Position numbers and translations under genes: made by a program. Shown here in pieces: positions 54,478 to 64,000 of a stretch of DNA of 64,000 bases (positions are counted from its first letter, which is position 1; each line of letters opens with the position of its first letter). Source of the DNA: Chrysomallon squamiferum (taxonomy: Eukaryota; Animalia; Mollusca); contig CM022673.1 in NCBI GenBank assembly GCA_012295275.1, positions 14,446,001 through 14,510,000 of the forward strand, read 5' to 3'. The notes beneath the pieces were generated by a model. That model did no database searches. It was not told where the DNA came from and worked only from the letters and a program-made list of their open reading frames with translations.

Positions 54478-55279
54478 GTTTGACAATATCTACCTACACT
54501 CTCTTTCACCGGCAGTCGTAGACATATTTAGAAAAAGTAACAAAAAAATCATTCATAATTATTAACATTTCTGCACAAACCACAAACCTAAAATATTGCA
54601 AGGACAAATAAAGCATAAGCCAATTGCATACAGATTATCAGTTAAACACAACAATAAACATTTATAAGCAACCCAGTTGAGCACCGACGCGGCCTGTTTT
54701 TAAACAAATTACTTCACAGTAAATTGTATTTTGAAGGTACACAGTAGTCAGCCGTATTTACGTGGGTTTCAGCTGTTCTCAGTATCATCTATTCGTGGGG
54801 TTTCAAGTAATGAATACTTACAAATGAAATTAAGTTTATTTTATATAAGTGTCCTGCTCATTCGCGACTTCTGAACATCCGTGGAAGGTCATGGAAGGTG
54901 GCGGATAATCAGACCTGAACACAAATATCATTTCAAAAACACCCCATGACCGTACACTACACTAAGTCTGATGATGACATAAAAACGGGATAACAGGTTA
55001 AAACTGACTGGTAGTTAAAGGTAAAGTTTGTTTTGAAAAACTGCTGGCTACAGTCAGCAAATAAAATGAAAAAAAAACAAAAAAAAACAAAACAAAATAA
55101 CAACAACAAATTAAAAAAAAAATAAATTAAAATAAATTAAACGGTTTTGTGAAGTAGCTGTGAATAACTTACTGGAAACAGCAACGAATCAATGGACACT
55201 CAGCGAGAAGGACCGATCCTACGAACCCACTATCTGAGCATTAAGAACAGATATTACAAGAATAAACACATTTCTGTTG

Positions 55280-55472
55280 TATTAGTGACAGAAGATGTGT
55301 GTTATAGCAGCGACAACAAGATCTGTGATACATTGTGACATCTAGATGTATTGTATCAATGACAACTAAATGTGTTATATCAATTACAACTAGATGTGTC
55401 TTATATCAGCGACAACTAGATGTGTGCTATATCAGTGACAGTTAAATGTGCTATATCAGTGACAGCTAGATA
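55280..55472. repeat. ~24-27-bp minisatellite
   Basis: Recurring cagtgacaactagatgtg..ttatat units. Confidence 0.75.
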
Positions 55473-55924
55473 TTGATGGTATATCCAGCTTACAAAAACA
55501 TTTTATTATTCGCTTACTCGATCCCGTTCTGCGCAGTTCCAACATGCGACTTTCGAATAAGCGTTAACGCGACACTCTTATTACAGCGCCGTCTGGCGGT
55601 GGATGTAATCACACTCACACACCACAGATCTCCCTGGAGTAATGATGCTGCACACGTAGTCGCTAACCACGCAGGCCAACACACGCCAAACACAGATTTA
55701 GAACCCAATTGACTTTTGCTTATTGAAGATACGAGCTAACGAAGCGGAACCTACCGACTTAAATCTAAAGTAACCGAATCAAGATCCGATCACTGCCGAG
55801 TCAGCAGTAACATACGCAATCGAGTTGTTCAAGTAAATTATCTTTATATTTCTTATTAGTTTAATTTCATCCTTACATCTCGCTCAATCTTCTTTTATTT
55901 CTTATTATTAGTTTAATGCATACA

Positions 55925-56140
55925 CTGTTTTACTAGTATATTAAATTAATAATACTATATTTTTACTAGTATATTAGATTAATAATACTATATTTTTACT
56001 AGTATGTTAGTTTAATAATACTATGTTTTTAATTCTTTGTTAGTTTAATAATACTATGTTTTTCTAGTTTATGATTAGTTTAATGAATACTAAGTTTTAT
56101 TAGTTTACTATTAATTTAAATATACGTTGTTTACTAAATA
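55925..56140. repeat. ~31-bp AT-rich minisatellite
   Basis: Recurring ttttactagtatattagtttaataatactat units. Confidence 0.75.
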
Positions 56141-56646
56141 ACAATTAGATATAAATATTACTGTCACAATAACACAAAACATACAGTATTCTTACATACT
56201 CTATCTTCATTAGTTTAATAGTTTTGTTGAAAATTTAAATTCGTCTTCACTTTGTTTTTTTTGTTGTTTTTTTTGTTTTTTTTCTTATTCCTGTGTTGTT
56301 GTAGTTTGCTTTATTTCAGTTTTGTGTGGGCGTGTAATTAGGAAATTGTTCAAACTGACGGTAAAAAGCTGTGTACTCAGTAACACTGCAAAAATACCCG
56401 TGTTCTCAAACTGCCGACGTCAGAAAGAAGTAGAGACAGACGTCTTGTTATTTTAAGAACTCGCGTCACTAACGGTAACGTCAGTACAAACAGATCACGT
56501 GATACTAACATTCCACATTACGTAACTTGATTTATTGAACCACCGGTGTCTGGGCGTCGACTTATTAATTATCGTTAACAACTTTTCACGCCCTTGGTGC
56601 AGACTGTTTATGTTTTAATGAAAATAAGCTATTAAATAAATAAATA

Positions 56647-56677
<31 letters not shown>

Positions 56678-56818
56678 TTGGCCATATCCGCTGAATCTTT
56701 CTGTTTGTTTAAACTTGTGTAATTCAGTTCATGTTAGTATGTCTGTATGTGTGTGTGTGTCAGTTTATGTGTTTTTGTGTACCTGTGTGTGTCATGTGTG
56801 TGTGTGCTTATTTTTAGT

Positions 56819-56858
<40 letters not shown>

Positions 56859-57508
56859 TTTGTATCTATAATATAAAAGTTAGAACGAGTGAATGTACTT
56901 TAGTGTGTTTATATGCATGCAGATACGTGTTTATAACTGAATGTGTTTTTATGTAGGTAAGCGAAATCTCACACATGATAATGTTTTAATGAAGAACACA
57001 ATATTCTCGGTATACGTACATAATAATATATCTTACAGCTATTGATATTAAAATGTAGGTTTTCATTACATCACAGCTTGAATACTGGTCGCGTCTGGAA
57101 TATTGTTAATGGTCACCAAGGGAAAACAAGTCCAGCTTCACCCGTCAGATAAAATTATCTTCTAGACGCGATTCGGCAGACTTCGTGTGTTTCCGTGACA
57201 CCGGAGGTGGCCGGGCGGAAAGCGACGGTTGCCAGATGTTAATTAAGTTGAGAATGGGTAAACACGAAGTTGTGAAAACAAACCCGACAGCGGATTGACA
57301 GCCACTTACTGACCATTAATTACCCGACGCTAAACGAAATTATTCTGCACTTCAGTCCGCGTTAATGGAGGAGTCAAACAGGAAAATAAAGATGTTTATA
57401 AACAAATTGACTAAAAGTGGAAATAATAACTTGTATCAGTTCTGTAGTTTATAAATAGGCTCATAAATTAATTAATTTCAGCGACGTATCATCTGCATCA
57501 ACAACACC

Positions 57509-57542
<34 letters not shown>

Positions 57543-58450
57543 TCACCAACAACAACAACAAATCTCACTCGTTCTCAACCTGTTATTCCTTTTACCATCT
57601 CCGTCAGTTTCTCTCTTTTCTCTCTCTCTATCGTACGTTTAGAGTTTACAATAAGGTAGATAGATATATAAATATATAGACAGGTAGAGAGATAGGCAAA
57701 TGGATAGATAGTTAGAGAGATAGACAGATAGATAGATAATGAAACAGAGAAAGCAAGAGAATCTATAATTCGCGATAAATCAGTCCTCGAGGTGAAATCC
57801 GAACTGCAACAGAAAACAGGACAGGGCAGTTTCCAGTAATACAGTTCACAGTGTACCCCCGTTTCACTCACTCGTTAATTATCACTGATGACAAAACTGA
57901 TACCATGCACTGTTAAAAAGCAATATTTTCAGTGGTCTCTAATTTTATTTTTATACAATATTTCTGGAAGAAACAGCTGTATCAATAAGAAGAGAACAGA
58001 TCAAATGAAATCTCGCAGATGTAGGTTTGTTAATGAAATATTTGTCGATCACATAAAACAGTTATATCGTCTGAAATAACAATATGGAGGAACCGTAGAC
58101 TGGTCACATGTGTGTCAACTGTTTTTATTTAATTAAGCCTGTCTACTGTCTACGTCATTTGGGACAAGGGGAGATAAATCGGCAAGCTAAGTCTGATAGG
58201 TGTGTTGTTTTACGTAATTCGTGATACTGCTTTGTATTTTATTTAAGTAACGTCGTGTGAGCCTAGTGAAATTACAGAAGAAAAAAAAAAAAAAAAAAAC
58301 TAAACGAATATATAAAAAAAAAAAAATAAATAAAAAAATAATATATAAAAAAATAAAAAGATAAAATGAATAAATATGTGAATGAATACTTAAAAAAACT
58401 TCCTCCCCCATCAAAACAACAACAACAATAAGAGCAACAACAACAACAAT

Positions 58451-58485
<35 letters not shown>

Positions 58486-58495
58486 CAACAACAAC

Positions 58496-58547
<52 letters not shown>

Positions 58548-59415
58548 TTAATAATAATAGTAGTAATAATAATAGTAATAGTAATAATAACGGTGATGAT
58601 GATGATGTTGATACTAGTCTTACTACTCCACCTTTCTAACAGTGGGTACTACTACTACGTCTATTTCTACTGTTGCAATTTTTGATGTAGATATATCTTA
58701 CTTGTAATATTATTAGTGTTACTAGTGCTATTATAAACATATCCCATTAATACTACTACCACTGCTGCCACTATTACGATGTTACTATATTACTACTTCT
58801 ACTAGTACCACCTCTACTAAAGAGATGAATAGTGTAAAACCACGAGTGTGAAAGTTATAAAAGATGATTATTAACAATAAGAGAAAATTACATTTCTAAC
58901 TCCTGTGTTTCTGAATATCAATATTTTCACAGTGTTAACTGACATGGCCATTATTTATCTTTTCGTAATTGTTTCGACGCCCACGTGTTTTCCCGTTCTG
59001 AACGTGTTAAATTAGGAAGTAATGCTCGCTAGCTCTGGGGAGTTGAAGTGTGTGTATTCCTTGGCTCTAGCCGTGACAACGTCCTGTTTGTTCTGCGTGT
59101 CGACGTTGCCCACGTTTGTGGAAGGTGAGTGAAGACGACGTAGTGGTCGTTAACATTTTGCGGTCATTTCTGATAAAATTACATTTGACTTTTATAACGA
59201 TTCCTTTTTCAAAATGATCGATAGATATTTCATGTTTTGCAAACACCGAAAATAAATTAATTACTAATTAGTTTGTTTCTCAGCGCATGGAATTAAATTT
59301 CTTTCTTTCTGTGTTTCGTTTATGTTATAATAAATGTAAATTTTCATAATGGGAACAGTAAAAATATATATGTGTTTGTGATTAATAATGATGATAACTA
59401 ATAATAATGATGATG

Positions 59416-59450
<35 letters not shown>

Positions 59451-59679
59451 CAATAATAATAATAAAACTATAAAAACCAAAACATTTAAGGTATGTTTAA
59501 ATGTTTCAGTTTATATAATAATAAATGTAATTTTTCATAGTAGTATAACAAAATTAATATAGATGTGTATATTGTTAATAGCTATAATAAAAATATATAT
59601 ATACGTGTTTGTAATAATAATAATAAAAAACAACAACATATAGTCTGAATGTTTCAGTCTGTAACATAATAAATGTAGT

Positions 59680-60118
59680 CTTTATATAATTAACAGTTAA
59701 AATATAACTATGTACATGTTTGTAATTAAGATATAATAAAATATAAAGCTGTTTGTAATTAATAGGTAAAATAAAAATATATGTATTGTAATTAATAGCT
59801 ATAATAAAATATATAAGTGTTTATAATTAATAGTTATAATAAAAATATATGTTTTGTAATTAATAGTTATAATAAAATATATACGTGTTTGTAATTAAGA
59901 GTTATAATAAATATATATACGTGTTTGTAATTAATAGTTATAATAAAAATATATATGTGTTTGTAATTAATAGTTATAATAAAAATATATACGTGTTTGT
60001 AATTAATAGTTATAATAAAAATATACGTGTTTGTAATTAATAGTTATAATAAAAAAACATATACGTGTTTGTAATTAACAGTTATAATAAAAATATATAT
60101 AAGTTTGTAATTAATAAA
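59680..60118. repeat. ~37-41-bp AT-rich minisatellite (~11 copies)
   Basis: Unit atatacgtgtttgtaattaatagttataataaaa. Confidence 0.88.
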
Positions 60119-60579
60119 ATCATTTAATTAATATATTTTCCGAGCCGAATGAATCCGACAGGTTCAGTGTTAAGGAGAAGCTGGAGTGTTTAATGATAAA
60201 ATAAATGTTTGATACACGAGAATAGACGTTAATTGTCAGGGCTAAGTCTGATTGAGTAGTTTCTGTGTTTGACGATAATTCAGCTGTGTTTGCGAGTCAG
60301 TGATAAAACAAACACAATATCTGTGTGTAAACACCTCACATAGACTCCCTGATAGCTGTCAGCATTAGTGTGTGTGTACTCTGTGTTAACAAACATCAGT
60401 TCAATCCAGGCCTGTTTACAACCTCCTGATAACCTGGCACTGTCCAGCACTTGTAATTTCCATGTAAGCCGCTTGTTGTGTCCACTCATGGTGACCATGT
60501 AGATCATTCGTATCATCCACGGAAACTTTTGATAATGACCACGTGACGAGTTCTTGATGACCAGGCGTTAAAACATTCG

Positions 60580-61090
60580 TCATAGCCACTGTTAGTGTCC
60601 ACGTAAACTATTGTTGTTTTTTTTTTCCTCCGTAAACCAACATCTCTTAACAACTATATAAACCATTGTTAGTGTCCTAGTAAACCAACTACTTGTAATA
60701 TCCACGTAAACGATTGTTAATGTCCGAGTAAACACTCTTAGTGGCCACATAAACCACTTGTAGTATCCACATCCACATAAACCAGAACCATGCGTAGTAT
60801 CCATATAAACCACTCGTAGTATCCTATTAAAACTAACCACTCGTAACATCCAAGTAAACCAGCGTCACGTAAAGTACACGTAGAACGCTTAATATTCATC
60901 AGTTGTTGTACTCACCACATACACTGCTCACTGACTATGAAAATTACTAAAATTATCTACTAAACACTGCAAAGTTCTCGTAAACCACACACCAGTTAAA
61001 TCACCCATAGCAACCATGTAAATCACCCATAGCAACCATGTAAAAATTACTCATAGCAACCATGATATTTACTCACAGCAACCATGTAAA
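60580..61090. repeat. Two adjacent short degenerate minisatellites (~21-23 bp)
   Basis: ccacgtaaaccacttgtagtat-like units at ~60580-60870 and four aaatcacccatagcaaccatgt-like units at ~60998-61090. Confidence 0.7.
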
Positions 61091-61227
61091 TCATCCTTTT
61101 TGATCTCGTAAACCACTCACACTTAACAAGATCACGTGAATCACTCGCAGAGATCACGCATACAAATTAATGACATCATATATTTGTAGTGTAGTGAAAT
61201 CATTCTACGCTCTCGTAATTCTAGACA

Positions 61228-61278
<51 letters not shown>

Positions 61279-61853
61279 GCTATTCTGTCAATAAAAAGAT
61301 AATCTTTCTCTTTTTTTCTTTGACAAATGTTATTTATTTTCATTTTGGTATTTTTACATTCAGTACTGAAACTATTAAGAGAAAACTTCAAAAGCGAGAG
61401 TAATCAAATATATTAATTTAAAGACAGAGAACTGACATTTATGCAGTGAAAACGTTCAGCACAGTTACAAACAAAACTATTAAACACTTGTAAACGTCTA
61501 CAATTGTTGTTTTAACAGCAGGATTACGTTGTTCGACATCAAACGAATTTTTATTGTTTAATTTTTCAAATTACTGCACGTGCTGTGAATTGTAGTTTAG
61601 GCCGGATCTTTGACGATAAAATGCTAACAGTAATGTGTATTATTTGGTTCATGCTAAATGACAGTGTAGAGACTGTCTCTCTCTCTCTGTGTGAACGCCG
61701 ATTTAGAAAACAGCTGCAGAAAATTTGATGAATAACCTGATAATTGTTACGTAAATTAGTTTAATTTCTAAATACAGAAACCAAAACAAAGACATTTTTT
61801 CATTGTATCTGTTTCTGCATCTCTTTATTTTCACTGATCTACTTTCTTCATTG

Positions 61854-61985
<132 letters not shown>

Positions 61986-64000
61986 CTTTCTCTCTCTTTC
62001 TCTAAATCGTCCTATTTTTTTCTCATAAATGAAGACTTAATGAAATATTTCTATATTGCAACAATTACTACTACCAGTACTACTTCTGCTACTTACTAAT
62101 ATATATATATATATTGTTTCAAAAGACTTGTAGAAAGAAAAACACTAGTTCAGTTAACAGAAATAACTACATAAAATGCGCTTTTACTCGGATTTGATCC
62201 TCGGTTCTCTCACGTCTGGGGGGTAAATTACCACGACAGAAGACGGTGAGTGACTTGAAATGAACATCACAAACAGTTTACTATCGGCATCAGTCTCTGC
62301 GTACATGCTGCTAATTGGTAAGGAAGCATCTCTCAGTACAATGTTTCTTACATTTTCCAAATGACACGAGCACAATAAAGCTGTCGTCTGCACACGGTGG
62401 TTCCGCGAACCTCTTCCAGTCCATTTAGCGCCAGCCAGGAGATCTACTTATACGATCACAATGGCTATTAATCAAATTTAATTAAATAATTGGCTACAAC
62501 AGAGGTTGGAAAATCTCGGGATATTGCTGGAAGTAACGTATCAAAACAAGCTGCCCTCGGCCAGTCGACTCTGACAGGAAGTCGGGCTGCAAGTGTTGGC
62601 AGATGGTGGTCAAATCAATATGGCCTCACTTCCGGTTGACGCTGCTTTCCGAAGATGGTTAATTTGCGAATCGTTTACGCTACAACGTCCACGATGTTCA
62701 AATCGTGGTGAATTAAAGTTAGACATGGTTCGGAAACAGCTACTTCTGTTGTGTGATGTTGGAGATAATCGGTCAAGCGTGAAGCGAATGTGTAAATTAA
62801 GCAACAGCCGTGGCTGGATTTAGAACGTGTGTAGACGAAACGTGTTTCACAGGGGAAGACGTGGAGTTGACAGGGAGGGGAGCATGAAAAGTAAAGAGGA
62901 AAGGAAATAACCAGAACGATATTTTAAAACATGTGAGAGAATGACAGACAGAGCCTCAGACAGAGAGACAGTGGACAGAATGACAAACAGGCAATGTACA
63001 GACGTATATTAAAAGACATATAAAAAGAGATACAGCAGACATATAGACATATGGACAAACAAACACACATAGACAGACACAGATACAGACAGACAGGGAG
63101 GCAGCAAGACAGAGAGACAGACAGACAGTAAACAAAGAGAAAGGATATATAGACAGATAGATTATACAGAGAAACAGACAAACGTTTCTGATGATATGTT
63201 GCATGGCTCATTGCAGATAACAGAGAAATATTTCGATTTTAAAATATATGTTTTGCAGCTGAGACAATGAATCTGCTAGAGCTAGAGTCCACGTTTCGAC
63301 ATTCTTCATTACTATTCAACAAAGTTTCTTTTTAAAACACACCATTTTTATACGTTATAGTGTATAGTTTTTAAAACACGGGACTGCACAGTTTGACTGA
63401 TATATAATGAATGAACGTGTTTAAAAGGTGAATGTAAACAAAGTTTGCTAGTTAAAGATTGGCAATGACTATAATATTCAGCTAATAAACAAAATGTATG
63501 TGTCTGTGGTGAAATCACTGCCGAATGTGAACTATTCTTTTAATTAAACTTCAGTTCACACTCAATAAAATAATTAAAATCACGCGAGATAAAACACACA
63601 GATGAAACGATTCGTGGTGGGTGCGTGTCAGTGGTAGTTTACCCACTCCATTGATCCACTTTCACGGATCTCATCTCGAGAGTCTTTTTTTTTTTTTTTT
63701 TTTTTTCTGTTTTGAAAATCCCAGTCTTTTCTTTTTTTCTTTTTTTTCATTTTGTGAGAAGCGATGAATGCAATACTCATTAGTTCAGCTTCTAAATTGC
63801 CTATTTTGTGATTTCGAGTAGAAAAAAACACCTCTGACGATAAGCCTACTTCTGCCAGCTAACAACAGCAGAGTGGCCATATTTCAGCGTGGAGGGACAA
63901 CACGTCACTCTGATACTTTTATGAGAGGTATTACCGCCAACACCATATTGTCGTAGTGAGACTTGGCTAATTCTACTAACGGTACTTAAGTAAGCAATTT

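Noticed and set aside
54780-55250. Possible decayed SINE or dispersed-repeat fragment
   Set aside because: It only vaguely recalls gastropod repeats. No TSD, Pol III boxes or termini could be identified without a database search.

Overview
AT-rich eukaryotic DNA with GT-AG spliceosomal introns and abundant micro- and minisatellites. The repeat landscape and PAN-domain style suggest an invertebrate, probably a mollusc (inference only). The left half holds three multi-exon housekeeping genes that I could splice by hand: a homeodomain-containing ceramide synthase (+, 10 exons, ~386 aa), GTDC1/QTMAN (+, 8 exons, ~525 aa) and a convergent UPF0047/YjbQ gene (-, 150 aa), which may have an alternative 167-aa isoform with a mitochondrial presequence. 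From ~29.9 to 46.5 kb lies a tandem triplication (5.6-5.8 kb units) of an apparently uncharacterised secreted gene: signal peptide, PAN/apple domain, SEA-like domain, Ser/Thr/Pro tail. Each copy is trailed by a 72-bp (24-aa) mucin-like array that is no longer in frame. Between copies, one 59-nt SEA exon differs by 8 non-synonymous versus 1 synonymous change while its neighbours are nearly identical, and the middle copy is a mosaic of the outer two. Upstream is a 51-bp array carrying ten perfect CRE sites, followed by ~17 kb with no recognisable gene but enhancer-like, CpG-retaining patches. All exon coordinates were derived by eye and should be confirmed with RNA-seq.
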